Notes: generated by a model from the sequence alone, not told the origin. A stretch of DNA of 64,000 nt from Mytilus trossulus (GCF_036588685.1 NC_086377.1:7812001-7876000), one strand, 5' to 3'; positions 50,650 to 64,000 are shown, numbered from the stretch's first letter. A program made the numbers and translations.

Positions 50650-51976
50650 CAAAAAATTATACCTACTTGGGTGTTAAATTTAGTATTAATGGCAAATTTA
50701 CAGATGCCCAGCATGAAATGTATAATAAAGGGTTAAAGGCCTTATTTAAACTTAAAAAATGTTTCTCAGGTCATAAACCAAAAATAAAAACTCTCATTCA
50801 TGTTTTTGACCATACAGTTAAATCAGTCTTAATGTATGGCAGTGAAATATGGGGTGACTTTAACTTTCACAAACTAAACACTCAAGGGGATAACTATTTT
50901 AAAAAACTATGTGGAGACCTGGCAGTAGAGAAGGCTCATTTAAGCTTTTGTAAATTTATACTTGGAGTAAGTAAAAAAGCAACTAATATTGCAGTTATGG
51001 GTGAACTTGGCAGATATCCTCTATTTTTGGAGGTTTTGTTAAATATGTTTAAATATTATATACGTTTGAAAAAATCTGATGACTTATTATTAAAAGAAGC
51101 TTTCAACCTCTCAAAATCTCTACATGATGAGCACAAAAAGAGCTGGTATACCAGTATTCAAACTTTATTTAAATACTTTAGCATCAATGAAAATTATGCA
51201 CTTAATTTAAAGACTAAGTTAAAAAACTATTTATGTAAAAAGATGCAATCAAAATATGATTTAATATGGCAAACTGAGCTTAATAATGATTTCAGAGGCA
51301 ATAAACTATATGGTAACAAGCTCAGAACTTATAGACTTTTTAAAAGCAGATTTTGCTTAGAAAATTACCTTTTGCAGGAAAATTTTAGATATAGACATCA
51401 TTTAACAAAATTCCGTATCAGTGCTCACGATTTAGAGATTGAGAGGGGAAGGTACAAAAATCTGACAGTGTCAGAACGTATCTGTAAATTGTGTGGTACT
51501 GAGGTTGAGGATGAAATTCATTTTCTTCTTCAGTGCCACAAACTTTCAAATATTCGTTTCAATTTTTTAAATGAAATAAAACAACGGTTTAAAAATTTTA
51601 GTGGTTTAGATATTAAATCACAATTTATTTGGCTAATGTCCTCTGAAGATACTTTCATACTCCAGAAACTCGGAGAATTATTGCAAAATTTATCCTCATT
51701 TAGGAAAGTTTCCTTAAATAATATATAGATATAGAAATGCCCAGTGACCCCCCCCCCCCCCCCCCCTTATATTGTTAAACACTGTGCTTGTTGTATTCTT
51801 GTATTTGTGTTGATAAATATTTTTTTTTTTTTTTGGTTTATTTGTCTTTTATAACATTGTGTCTTAATCATATTGAATCACTTGTAATCATTTGTATGTA
51901 ATTAATGTTGATTGTTCTGCTCCTTGTGGGCGCTTTGATTAGCAATAAAATATATTTGAATTTGAATTTGAATTTG
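50650..51976 (+). mobile_element. 5'-truncated non-LTR retrotransposon (CR1/L2-group-like)
   Basis: Begins at the last RT motif (YTYLG), intact ORF to 51728, 3' UTR with AATAAA (51944-51949) and a (TTTGAA)n tail at 51955-51976. Confidence 0.9.
50667..51728 (+). CDS. C-terminal part of LINE ORF2 (RT thumb plus C-terminal CCHC zinc finger); no true start codon
   Basis: Motifs LMYGSEIWG, AVMGELGRYPL, KLRTYRLFK..ENYL, FRISAHDLEIERGRY, RICKLC..EDEIHFLLQC. Confidence 0.85.
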   Translation: MGVKFSINGKFTDAQHEMYNKGLKALFKLKKCFSGHKPKIKTLIHVFDHTVKSVLMYGSEIWGDFNFHKLNTQGDNYFKKLCGDLAVEKAHLSFCKFILGVSKKATNIAVMGELGRYPLFLEVLLNMFKYYIRLKKSDDLLLKEAFNLSKSLHDEHKKSWYTSIQTLFKYFSINENYALNLKTKLKNYLCKKMQSKYDLIWQTELNNDFRGNKLYGNKLRTYRLFKSRFCLENYLLQENFRYRHHLTKFRISAHDLEIERGRYKNLTVSERICKLCGTEVEDEIHFLLQCHKLSNIRFNFLNEIKQRFKNFSGLDIKSQFIWLMSSEDTFILQKLGELLQNLSSFRKVSLNNI

Positions 51977-52726
51977 TATGAAGATCATTATGACTTTAAC
52001 TTTTTATATGAACTTGGAAAACACAGATTATAATCATAAATAATCATAAAATTAAAATGTCTACATTCCAATAACTTAAACAATCAAATCTCAACAGGTG
52101 ATACAGTTTTGATTAAATTTTCATATTCTAACCATTAAAGAAAGAAAATAAAAATAACTTGCATATATTTTCAAGAACATGATTTATAACAATGTTTCCT
52201 AAAAATGATAATTTCACATTTCAGTCAAATATTTGTTTATTGTGAATTGTAAATTATTCAATACCTTCGTTGCAGGATAATGAAATTGTTTGCTTTTAAA
52301 ATTAAAAGAAAAATGTATTTGGTTTGTATGAATGTAAGAACAGGTCAACGGCGGAAAAAAGTCATGGATAAAAATGAACATATTAATTCAAGTCGCCAGA
52401 GATTAGACTATTCGCCTTTTGCCATTTCGCAATTCATAATTCTTAAAATTGCGTATCATTTTCAAATCAGATCATATCTATACAAAATCTTCAGAAGTGG
52501 GTAGACCAGTAATTGACAAACGCAATAAGTAAAAAATACGAAAAATGCAAAATCGCCGCGAAAACTTAAAATTGTTTCGTTTACCTTCTTACATGTATGA
52601 ATACTATAGTCGTGAAGTTAGTCGTTACATAAATATATTATTGCTATTTAAACTTTAAAGTTCGTTGTACTAAAAAAAACTCATTTTGTAAGCAAATAAT
52701 GAATTGGTGTGTCTGTTCGCGCTGTC

Positions 52727-53409
52727 TGTTCCAGACCATATGAGTGTTTGGACCGTACTCGTACCATGCGTACGATCCGGAACGTATACGTATACTCGTA
52801 CGGTCTGACCATACGCCGCGTACCGTCGGACCGTATGAGTCTACGCGTATACGTCCAGTACAAACGAACAATTGAAATTAAACATTTGTTTATTGTATAT
52901 CTGAATCTTATTTCGGTACACTAGCCCAATGTGACACTTTCTACAACAAGTAACGTAATATTTTTTACTTTAAAAATGTACATGCTTGCTGTTCATGCAT
53001 GTTCCTTTGCGTTTGCAGTCTTTTTGTAAAGTTGCTAAACATTCCCAAATAAATGACCTCCCATATTATGTTTACTTCATATATCTTCAATTTCAGGGAT
53101 CGTAATTTAATAAATGTATAACTGATCGACATGCTAAATAAAAGAGATTAACAGAGTTTATAAAGCATGATTTTTTTGAAATAGTTAGAATATAAAATTT
53201 TATTTCAATTACAATTGAACTTTTTTATATTAATTTGAGAGTAAAGTTATGGTGATCCGTAATATGCATTTGATTCTAATAAACTTGTTCAACTTCTTAG
53301 TATTAGTCAGACCGTACGCATACGGTCCGACCGTATGAGTATTTTGAAAAAGTACTCATACGGTCCAGACCGAAAGCGTACGGTCCAAATGCTCATACGG
53401 TCTGGAACA
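52727..53409. mobile_element. MITE with TIRs and palindromic subterminal repeats (gaccgtac/cgtatacg)
   Basis: tgttccagaccatatgagtgtttggaccgtac at the left end versus gtacggtccaaatgctcatacggtctggaaca at the right end. No TSD recognised. Confidence 0.75.
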
Positions 53410-53709
53410 TGTGCACATAGCATTCGTAGACTCAGTCTGTATCATTGCCTCGCCTTCCCGTAGTGGAGTGGGTATTAAGGTTTACCTATGTCCGTCCTTA
53501 AATCCACCTGTATGTCCCGAAGTTTGATTCCGTTTTCTAACTTTAGTTTCCATCAACCAAATGTTATGAAAGTTTGAATTTAGGTGGCGTCACTTTCACC
53601 ATTCTAGACTTATACCCCTTTCCAAATGATAAAACATGATAATGACTATTTCGTTTCTGTTTTATAACTTAAGTTTGACCCAACTGAAGGTTATAAAACT
53701 CTTACATCA

Positions 53710-53800
53710 CACAGGCACTTGTCTCAAAAAAAAAATTCCTGTATACCTTAATATAACATTAAGGTATACAGGAAATTTTTTTTTGAGACAAGTGCCTGTG
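53710..53800. mobile_element. 91-bp hairpin MITE with 8-bp TSD
   Basis: cacaggcacttgtctc..gtataccttaat / attaaggtatac..gagacaagtgcctgtg; TSD ttacatca at 53702-53709 and 53801-53808. Confidence 0.9.
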
Positions 53801-54479
53801 TTACATCACACTTAATTATTACCACAAACATAAACAAAAAGATGTGGTATAATTGCCAATAGTACAATTCTCCACAAGAAACCAAAGGACATCGAAATTA
53901 ACAACTAACAGGTCACCTTACAGCCTTTAACAATGAGCCAAGCCCACGCATATAAAAAGCACTGAAATGACAAATGTAAAAAAATCAAACGAGGAAACTA
54001 ACGGCCTTGTTTATGAACAAACAACCAAAAATATAACACAACAACAAACGACAACCACTGAATTGCAGGCTACTGACTTGGGACAGACACATATACACAT
54101 AATGTGGTGGGGTTAAACAGGTTAGCGGGATCTCAACCTTCCCCTAACTTGGGACAGTGGTGTGACAGTTAAACATACGGCTATGGTTATCTATGCCTGG
54201 GATAAGAAAATCCTTAATTTAAAAAAAATATCAAACTTTTGTAAACAGGAAATTTATAAAAAATAACCACATTATTGATATTCATGTCAACATCAGAGTG
54301 TTAACTGCTGGGCTGGTGATACCCTCCGGGACGAAACGTTCACAAGCAGTGGCATCGACCCAGTGGTGTAAATAGTTGTCAAAGGTACCATGATTATAAT
54401 TTAGTACGCCAGACGCGCGTTTCTTCTACATAAGTTAAAGACTCATCAGTGTCGTTCATATGGAATGGAAATAGCTTGA

Positions 54480-54912
54480 TACATGTATTCATGTATCCCA
54501 GAGTGGAAATGGTCGGATACATGTATACATGTATCGTAGAGTGGAAATGGTTGGATACTTGTATACATGTATCGTAGAGGGGAAATGGTCGGATACTTGT
54601 ATACATGTATCGTAGAGGGGAAATGGTCGGATACTTGTATACATGTATCGTAGAGAGGAAATGGTCGGATACTTGTATACATGTATCGTAGAGCGGAAAT
54701 GGTCGGATACTTGTATACATGTATCGTAGAGGGGAAATGGTCGGATACTTGTATACATGTATCGTAGAGCGGAAATGGTCGGATACTTGTATACATGTAT
54801 CGTAGAGCGGAAATGGTTGGATACTTGTATACATGTATCGTAGAGGGGAAATGGTTGGATACTTGTATACATGTATCGTAGAGCGGAAATGGTTGGATAC
54901 TTGTATACATGT
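54480..54912. repeat. 38-bp minisatellite (gtatacatgtatcgtagagNggaaatggtYggatactt), about 11 copies
   Basis: Units at 54561, 54599 and onward; explains three overlapping minus-strand ORFs. Confidence 0.95.
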
Positions 54913-57900
54913 ATGATATATCCAAGTAATATAAAGACGCTAAGTATAATAAGTTAATGTTTGTTTCATTTTGGTCTTTTGTGGATAGTTGTCTCATTGG
55001 CAATCATACTACATCTTCTTTTTTATATGCTCTGAGACTACTCGCAGTTTTTGACAGCTAGTTCAAAGCCACTAACAACTAATTAAAAAGCTTGTATCTA
55101 AGACAAATAACATAAGGAAAAATCAAAGACAAGAATACAAGAATTTACACATTGCACATTGATAAAATGACGGGATGTATAAGTAAAGAGCCACGTGAAA
55201 TAAATAATCACCAAATCAGGCTAAAAAGTAAAAGTAATATTCATAAAGACAAATAATGAAAATGGCTCATTAGATGGATAAAAATAGAAATACATCTTTC
55301 AAAAACACAAAAACGTGGCTTAGTATTTATACATCCCAAACCACAAAGACACTAAGTACAGTCAAAGCCATCTTCGCTAACCAATGGTTAAGATCCACTC
55401 TCTTCCCCTCCACCTTAGAGGATTAAAAGAGAATTTCAGATCCACGAGGTAATGAATTTCATTGATTGCAATATTCGAAACAAGCTCCATTTAATCAAAA
55501 AGCGTCGATAAAATGATAACGTGTTTACAAATGTAGAAATGCCGCTATCTCCCAAAACATACAACGATATTAAGTGACAATTGGATTGTTCTTAATCAAC
55601 TAATATAATTTTCTGCTACGTTTCCTGCTCCACCAAATTTGTAAACTCTAGCGCTATCATGTTTTCAACTCCACCATTGGTCAAGAATAATTTATTCCTA
55701 ATGGTCGCCACTTTTCTGAACCGATAGATGGCGCAACATTGTTATAACAAATGTTGGATGAATACCGCAAGGATGGAGAGGATTGTAAACATTTGTTAGT
55801 GCAAAGGGTTTAAAGCCAATAACAACAGAAGAAGAAGAAATCATGTATCTTACACTAAAATAACAATCAGTACACACCTAAAACCAATGGATTTAGTTTA
55901 AGATGCCATTAACAGTCTGAAAAACACCAAAATGTTTGAAAATCCAAAGATTATAAGAATAATGAAGAGCTATAAACCAAAAAAAGGACAAAATAGTATA
56001 GCCAAACCTGGGCAAGGAACCAATTGCATTAGGGAAAGACATTCAGGCTTTAAATGGTATTTCACATCCTAAATTTTACGGTAATGTTGTACTTAAAGCG
56101 AGGAAATCACCATGTGATCCGTGTACACTTATCGAACCTTTAAACAAACTTATAAGTAAGGGTTCTCGTACCAATATTGCAATTAGATCTCTGAATATAG
56201 TTTACATTGACACTAATATCGATTTTGTCATTAGCAAATCAAAACATAACTAAATTGTATCTTGTTTTGAGGCGGGATGTATAGAGACACAGACACGTTA
56301 ATATGTATCTCCATATAAGTCGCTCCTCACTATCTTTCTACCTGTCGTTCCTTTTTTTTTTGGCATTGCACAAGTCATGTCTTCTCGGACTGTTCGTGAC
56401 GTTAAAATACTAAATCCCTGGGATGTGTTTTAGTTGATTTTAGTCTCTGATGCATGATTTTTATAATTAATTGTTTTTGGCTTTTAACTAGCTGTCAGTA
56501 ACTGCGAGTACTCTCAAATCATATGTTCTTGTTTATTCGACCTGTTGATACTGTTTATAATGCTTTTTTGTTATTCTATATTAATATGGATCTTCTATAT
56601 ATACCAGCTTTGATTATTTGGAATATCTTCAAATTTTCACATCTTCGTACTACATTTGTATAAACTTCAAGATTTTCCTGTATTATTAAAACCGGTTGTT
56701 TTCAAAAGTGATTATTTTCGAAGGATTACACATTTCGCAGTGGTGTCGTGCCATGGCTTTGTTTGGACTTGTTTGTTTGCTTTTTGACCTTGAATGTTTG
56801 TCCCTTATATTTTTTTAACTGTGCATTTGCATTCAGATATCGCAGATCAATTTTATTCGTTCAGTGTGTTAATTTACATTTTTTGATTGAGTTAAGCCTG
56901 CTAATTGATATTTTATCGTGTGTTTTCTATGTTGTGATGTTATGCTATTGTTTTAGAAAAAGGGAGAAGGTTTGGTACCATTAAAACGTTTACTCCCGCT
57001 GCAAATGTTTGCACCTGTCCTAAGTCAGGAATCTGATGTACAGTAGTTGTCGTTTGTTTGTGTAATTTATACGTGTTTCTCGTTTCTCCTTTTTTTTTAA
57101 ATTTATATTAGACCGTTGGGTTTCCCGTTTGAATGGTTTTACACTATTAATTTTGGGGCCCTTTATAGGTGTGAGCCATGGCTCCGTCATGAAGGCCGTA
57201 CATTGTCCTATAATGGTTTACTTTAATAAATTGTAACTTGGATGAAGAATTGTCTCATTGGCACTCACACCACATCTTCCTATTTAATTTTATATATTAA
57301 AGTTTGTTTATATATTGTACTGTTCCATCACTCCCCAATATTAAGGTAGGATTGGTATGTTAAACACCACAACATTCTAAATGTATTTTATTTCGTTTGA
57401 AATAGGGTTTTACCCGTTTGCTATTTGTAGTTAATATTTACAGATGGGAACTAGTATAGCTAGTTCGGATACTGGTTTTGTAACAGTATGTACTATTTAT
57501 AAGTTTGATGTTAGGTGCAGGAGGCACGAGGAAAGTTTTGGCGGTTTTTATGGGTGGTGTTTAAAGGTACTATATAAAGTTTGGGACTTAAATGTATTAG
57601 TATCGAAGGTGCTCGCAGTTACGTCGAATTGAAGTTGGTCACATAGGTATATGTGCAGTTGCTGCTATGTTTATTGTACGTACAGGCGTTCGAGGCATTA
57701 GCCGGGGAAAAAAGAAACGATACGAAAGAGGAACAATGTTATATGTCATGTGTTTATATAATGTTTCGATTGAAGAAATATGTACAATTCAGTAAAATAA
57801 AATATTGTATCGCAAGAGAAAATAAGATGTTACTGCGAGCAACTAATCCTATATCTGTGTTTGTCTTGTATATAGCCTATTGAATTAGAGATTAAATACT

Positions 57901-58885
57901 TTAAATTCGGACGAGCAGGGCGAGGGAGAATTTAAATATACTTGTATGAAGCCTGCAGACTGTAAAAAAGTGGTTGTAGTTTGTTGTTGTACATCATATT
58001 TGCTATTTAACTACCATTTGAATAATATATTTAAGTTAAAGGACCAGATGGTATATATTGAAATTGAAAGGTGTTTTAAATATTGTATAATATTGATAAG
58101 GAAACCTAAGTATATAGATTTTCTTTTTAACTCGATAAAGTTCAGTAACTAATCAATTTAATTGATTAAATTAAAACACGCATTTGTAACATAAATTGTC
58201 CCCCAAAAGGAGAAGATTTTTCTAAATATGTTTTCCTTTTATTTTTTTTTAAGAAATTATATTAATATAAAATGCGAAGACATCTTCTTTTGTTATCAAA
58301 ACCTATATGTTTCTGCTCGAAAGTGACGGTGGTGGAATCTGTTACTTTTTTTGTCGTTACGAACATGATGAATGCAAACTTTGTTTTTATATTATAATTT
58401 GTAATAAGAGTGTGTCCTTTTTATGTAACAGTCTCTACAAGGTCGTAAACTCGTTTTATTGACAGTATGATTTAAATTGTATAAAGTATGTCAATGTCAA
58501 AACTGCAATTTACAAATGACTGCTTCAAAGAGTCACATTGCATATCAAATAATAACCTAAATAACTTTGTATATTGTTGAAATGCAAGGATGCATATGTT
58601 ACGGGCTTAAGATTTCTCAAGGTCACCGAAAAGACATAACTTTAGGAAATGCAGATCGGGTGCAGTAAACAAGCATTGTTATTTAAATTTCAATTGTAGG
58701 AATATGATCACACCGAATAAAAATTAGTAAGCACTAATTTGAGGTAAAAAGAGCGTTAAAATATTGCATCTTATACCGATAGAAGGCAATGCATATAAAC
58801 ATTCATCACGACATCGGTTGTAGTACTATTAAAATTATTTCGCCTCTGAAACAATTCAATTTTAGAAATGATAACCTGAGACTAA

Positions 58886-61800
58886 TAGTCCGGCCGATCG
58901 GTGAAAAAATTGCTCAAATAATGAGGAAAGCACCAATTTTTGCATGATGGTACATTTTTGTGTACTGAGCAATATTAGCTATGGACCCATCTCAAAATTC
59001 AATATGGCGGCTTATTTCAAGATGGCTGTCGTACGTTCTAAAATAGTTTCCAGTATTGCACAAACCACAGTGGATTTGGTGCTGGGTGCACAAAAATCAA
59101 CATATTTGAATGACTTGGTGTCAAGATTATGTTTTGATCTATTTTTGAAATACAAAATGGCGGCTATTTTCAAAATGGCCGCCGTGAAAAATAAGCAAAT
59201 ATTCATTATTGAGAATTGACCTGAATATAAGCATTTTATTGATGTAAAGCGTCATTTGGTATCTGTCCCAGTTCTGTCCTTTCTGATTTTGCCTTGCTTG
59301 TCATTTCATACACAAAGTAGTAGCTTTCATAAAAAGCTGCAGTAGTAGCTTTTATTAAAAGCTGCACTATTTGTTGTCTTGGGTCACACAAAAAAACTAT
59401 GATTAGGGATTTATCTGCCTTAAGATATTAATCAGTGCCTATCTTATCTCTTGGTCGCAATATTTTGCAATTTGAGACATTAAACTGTGAATTAAGAATC
59501 AGTTAAACACATATCAGTGAAATGGCAGGAATTGAGGACAACAAGGACAAGAACATTGAAATGGCAGAAACTTAATCACTTGGGGATATTGAGAAACCCA
59601 CAGCTGAAGACGCTTTAACAGAGGACAGCTCAGAAATGACTATTAAACAATTGTACCAAGAATATTTAACAAATAGAAATCAAATGCTAAAAGAACAGCT
59701 GATGCTTACCGCAATATAAAACAGAGCGAAGCGCGAATAGATAAAATATGTGTTGGTCTCATTACGTTTCAAGCTGCACAGAAAGAGGCAATCAATATCA
59801 ATAAAAAAAACAGGTGAAAGCAATATCTCAGCAACTTCAGCTGTCTGAAGACAGGATAGACCACAAGGCTAGTAATAATTGCTTGGCGGAATTGATGGTC
59901 AGACCAATAAGATATTCAATGTTGTGGTGAGACGAATGGACAAGCTAACAACAACTGAGGAAGGAGACACAGTTCTATTTCAAAGTACATTTGAACAGCA
60001 GGGTACCTTCCAACAACTGGCATCTGTTTTGAATGAATCAGTGGACAATCGAAATGAAGAAGTTAATATTTTTGCAATGGACACATCATCTAAGCCAAAA
60101 TTTGACCTTAGCCAGTACAACGCAAGTTTACCAAAAGTACACATCAAAATCCATGCCGTGGGTCTTTCCACAATTGTAGTACGCATGAACCATAAACCGC
60201 GCCAACTATGTTGAAGGTCTCTTTACCCTAAGTCAAAAGTCCTATGTCAGGGCCCTTGGCCCTGCATGAAACAGTTCAAATTATTCAACAACAATCTCCA
60301 TTTAAGAACATACTATAAACCTCTAGTACTATTCAAGGATACCAGCAAAAGGCTTATGTGTCCTCTTACGCACACTAACCATATACTATGAGTCTATAAT
60401 ATTTGGTTTAGATCAGCACACTATTACAGAAACAATTAGCTGCACATGGATTCTATCAAGTTTCTCCAATGTTGAATGCAGTGCCTACTTACGGTATCAT
60501 CCCCGTCGAGTCAATGGCAAATCCCACATTTATCACTCCAATTATGACAACAACGTCCGCATCTGGAGCTCTAATATGCTTCACATAACATCAAGTTGGC
60601 TCCATTGACCGATCCAGGAAAGGGCAGAGGAAAGAAAAAGAGTGTGACAACACCTCTTCTTCAGTCTCTTCACTGGAGAGAGAATATACCATGTGGCAAG
60701 AAAATCTTTGTGCAAGGGACCAGAGCCGAAGCCCACAAATGCCAAAAATTCAAAAACTCAATTGAAGAGGATCCATCTTTTGGGAGGCGCTCATTTACCA
60801 ATTTGAACGAACTGCCGGTAGATGACAATAGGAAATCAGGAAAAATGTGTGTAGGCCCCAGATTGCCAGGCCGATGTTGGCTGTGAGTACGCTCGCATGG
60901 TAAACGCAGATGATGATTCCAAGGCCTTAAAAAAGCATTCATTAGGAGCAGCACTTCAGCAAGGAAGACGATCAAACCAGATTGGAACCAAAACATTCCG
61001 TCGAGGATGTAAAGACAAAGATTCTTCAAGGCATGTAATAGAGAGGAACCCAGAAACATTCAACAAGGCGTTAAAACAATTGAAAACCTCAAAAGCAAAC
61101 CAGATGGCGATATATGGATAAAAAAGTGCCAATTATGACCATCGACCACCGATAAAGAAAATATAAGCAGTCCTTTGGATTATGAGTTGCATAACCTCAC
61201 ACAAATTGTCACAAAACTAGATGATGTTATGCTGTCAACTAATCAGAATAACTTTGGATTGGCCGATCAATATAATCTCGGTTCTTTTGTTAAAAAATTA
61301 TGGAAGATCACCAGTTCAATGGAAGATCACCTGATCAATATAAACGTGGAAGATCTTTAGAGCAATACAATCGCGGTAAATCGGCAGATAGAAGTACACC
61401 CAAGCTTAATACCTATCGATCAGCATCACCCCCACTAAGCTAGAGATCATATAGTCCCTAAAGACAACGGTTAGCATCTCCACGGACAAACTCCAGAAAT
61501 CCCGAATATTTCAGACAACGGTCACCTTCACCAGGATACGGAGCAAATCAAAGTGTAACCTCAACAATGGAGCAAAAGGTCGGGCCAGTAGGACAACTCA
61601 GATTCCAAAGTCTATTGGCCATGAAACATTATCTTATCACGAAATCGAACAGAGTCCCACTGCCTCGTCCAATATTGTCATCAGTCGAGTAATTTAAAAG
61701 AGCTTAGTAGTACGAGGTTCTACACATGACCAGAATGTGAGCATGATTGTGGACACTGCTGAAATGAAAACATTAAAAATGGAGATTTGGAGAACGTAAC

Positions 61801-62887
61801 GCTACATGGTTTGGGTTAACAGATGTATTGAGAAGATTATAAGGAACGACTCTCGACATTAATAGAGTACACAAACAATGGGATGTGTGCAAAGAGCCAT
61901 TAACAGACTATGTTATACTTAGGCTAGTTATTTTAGACACACTGATCGCAGTGATAAACCTGAGTACTCTCACAACCACCATTAACAGAAAGAGATAAAT
62001 GCATCATTTGTTAATAGTGGAAACGAGATTTTAACTTAGCTAGTTTCCATAAAACGAACCATCACAGTTCCGCCAAATTCAAACATGACTGTTACAATTA
62101 AAACTAATAAAAGAGCTGACCAGGATTGCATTTTAGGATCATGCTCGCTGAAATGTTGCAAATTGGTTAAGCACGTAGTTGGAAAAGGAAATACTTGCCC
62201 CTTAACCATTTTAAAGGATGGCAATCATCTAATCCGCCTGAAGAAAGGTACACCTATTGATTACATAGAATATTTTTACGATGTAGTGGGGTACGGCAGA
62301 TGCAAACGCGATAAGTGACGTAAGACGTGGCATTGAAGAGACACGAGACAATGTGGCCTCGGCACTGCCTCAATGTTCAGATGAGTTACCTACTATTCCA
62401 CCACATTTAACCGACCTATATTAACGTCAATCGACTCGTTTTAACCTATTTCATTCCAACCATTAAAACTGAAAGCGTTTAAAGAACAATTACAATAACA
62501 TGTAACATAATGATATTGATTAACATTTTTAATTTCACTATTTGTTTTTGTATATGCAGCTATATTTGCAACTTATGTGTTATAGAAATACCCAAATTAT
62601 TTGTTTTATACTTTAAAATTAATTGATAACAAATTTAAGAACATGAAGTCCATTTTTAAAGAATCATTACTTTTAATTTCCGAAATTATATAGAATACTT
62701 TTAGGACAATCTTGAATTTTATACCGTTTTTTCCGCCATCTTGAAAATGGTAGCCATATTGGATTTTTCAGAGTGGGTCCATAGCTGAAATCAAAGGGTA
62801 TATTACCAAGAACTACTATGCAAAGTTTCATGCTTTCCTCATCAAGTGAGCAATTCTGCTCTATATCTGCACCAATCGGCCGGACTA
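58886..62887. mobile_element. 4-kb non-autonomous TIR DNA transposon (TAG...CTA ends, 3-bp TSD TAA; Academ- or Harbinger-like)
   Basis: tagtccggccgatcggtg / caccaatcggccggacta; imperfect inverted similarity extends ~150 bp; subterminal aaaatggc repeats; taa at 58883-58885 and 62888-62890. Confidence 0.8.
59520..62425 (+). pseudogene. Decayed Gypsy-like LTR-retrotransposon gag / N-terminal pol fragment inside the TIR element
   Basis: Frameshifted fragments: FRRGCKDKDSSRHVIERNPETFNKALKQLKTSKANQMAIYG (gag-like), an RSPSP-rich stretch, RTITVPPNSNMTVTI..LIRLKKGTPI and ELPTIPPHLTDLY (protease-RT linker-like). No RT core or LTRs seen. Confidence 0.55.
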
Positions 62888-63159
62888 TAACTTAAAACTT
62901 ATGTTTACGATCGAGAGTGATGAAATATTACAACGCAAGTGATGCAATGGTGGAATATGTTCCTTTTTTAAATTTATTGTCACTATGAATGCAACCTTTA
63001 TCTATTTGTTTCAATTAATTGAATTAAGAGCATGTTCATGTTATGTTACATTCTCTACCATGGTCTGACGCCTCAATGGTTAAATCAGAAGAAGATAGAA
63101 ATAACTGAGGTACAAATCGAGTTTTGATTAATATTCAACTAAGATCAAGCAAAATTCAG

Positions 63160-63450
63160 AGCCGTGGTGTAGTGGTCAGTGGATCGCACTTCTAACACGA
63201 ATGTTCTTAATTGGATCGATCCCCGGTCCTGGGAGAACATTTCAGGGACTGAATTGTTGGCTCTCCCTTGACCACATTTAAGAGTATGTAAAGGAAACGA
63301 TGATAGTCCATCGGAAGGGGTGATAAATGGCTGACCCTGTGTTAATAGAGAGTCATATATCCTGCATTTAAAAGACACATTTGTAGATTCCTTAAAAGAG
63401 CAGGCTTACGCAACTACAAGGCATCACTTGCATCCGCAAAGTTGAAAGGA
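63160..63450 (+). mobile_element. Degenerate tRNA-derived SINE
   Basis: A-box-like tggtgtagtgg at ~63165 and B-box-like ggatcgatccc at ~63212, followed by a non-tRNA body; does not fold as a full tRNA. Confidence 0.55.
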
Positions 63451-63469
63451 TTTTTTTTTTTTTTTCATT

Positions 63470-64000
63470 AAAACTAAGTTTTATTAACATATTTACATTT
63501 GTTAATATATATACATCAAATACCGGTACCTTATCCCGGGCTCGTTAACATTAGTATAATACATCTAAAATTATGGTTTATTATGTTAGTACGTGTGGGT
63601 GTACACAAATTTTCTTAAATCCGGATATAATTCATGTCTTTGCCTGAATGATCTTCTAAACTAGTATCTTTGTTTACAAAGAAGGTAGATAACGCGTGCA
63701 GGTGGCACGGTAGTATTTCCTGGCCATAAGGGATAATGATAGCCTTTTTAGAATTTTCACCACTTTCTAACACTGCAAAAAATTCTACATTCACAGTTAA
63801 CTGAAGTACTTTCATTTTACCATTCAGAAATGAATTTGGATATGTACCATGACCGTTTACCTTTTTTGCTATTTTTAAAATCCTAAGGCCACTAGTACTT
63901 TTAGGTCTTTTATGGTGCAGTGAATGCAAAATTTTAAAAAATTCTCAAAAAATAATTTTCATCTGTATATAAAATTATTTCATATTTTTCTACACCTGAT
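63470..64000 (-). mobile_element. Possible decayed L1/Tx1-like ORF2 C-terminal remnant
   Basis: Minus-strand fragments (..WKIIF..CTIKD.., VYINKCKYVNK) faintly resemble Tx1 ORF2 ends and precede an A-tract. Weak evidence. Confidence 0.25.

Noticed and set aside
52644-52924. Arg/Tyr-rich ORFs on both strands
   Set aside because: They arise from palindromic subterminal repeats of the MITE at 52727-53409.
54480-54912. CRISPR-like appearance of regular repeats (also 26379-26586 and 4525-4810)
   Set aside because: Units are contiguous with no unique spacers, there are no cas genes, and the context is eukaryotic.
54394-55003. Three long overlapping minus-strand ORFs (127-185 aa)
   Set aside because: Products of a 38-bp minisatellite that lacks stops on that strand; the same peptide cycles through all three frames.
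55721-55737. CTCF-like motif ccgatagatggcgca
   Set aside because: A single short match with no supporting context; may belong to a repeat.
63160-63235. Possible tRNA gene
   Set aside because: Only degenerate A/B boxes; no convincing cloverleaf, and it continues into a SINE-like body.

Overview
AT-rich, intron-containing animal DNA. The repeat style looks like a marine bivalve (Mytilus-like; inference only). I assembled six spliced protein-coding genes by hand, with every intron GT-AG and phase-consistent. (1) A partial secreted Gly/Met-rich protein with antistasin-like Cys modules (- strand, 338-1993, runs off the window start). (2-4) Three tandem, same-strand paralogues encoding an N-terminal CARD plus a long coiled coil (7170-10004, 14913-19976, 21493-24620). 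(5) A six-exon gene (28784-36291) encoding signal peptide - Sushi/CCP domain - transmembrane helix - cytoplasmic CIDE-N domain. This is a type I membrane receptor carrying the DFF40/DFF45/CIDE polymerisation domain, an architecture I do not recognise, and it is the most interesting item here. (6) HDHD2 (- strand, 38925-50311, 7 exons, 258 aa). The rest is transposons and tandem repeats: a young 5'-truncated non-LTR retroelement next to the HDHD2 promoter, Helentron-like elements with internal tandem arrays, foldback MITEs with 8-bp TSDs, a 4-kb TIR element carrying a decayed Gypsy gag/pol fragment, a tRNA-derived SINE and several minisatellites. All domain calls are by-eye motif recognition; no searches were run.
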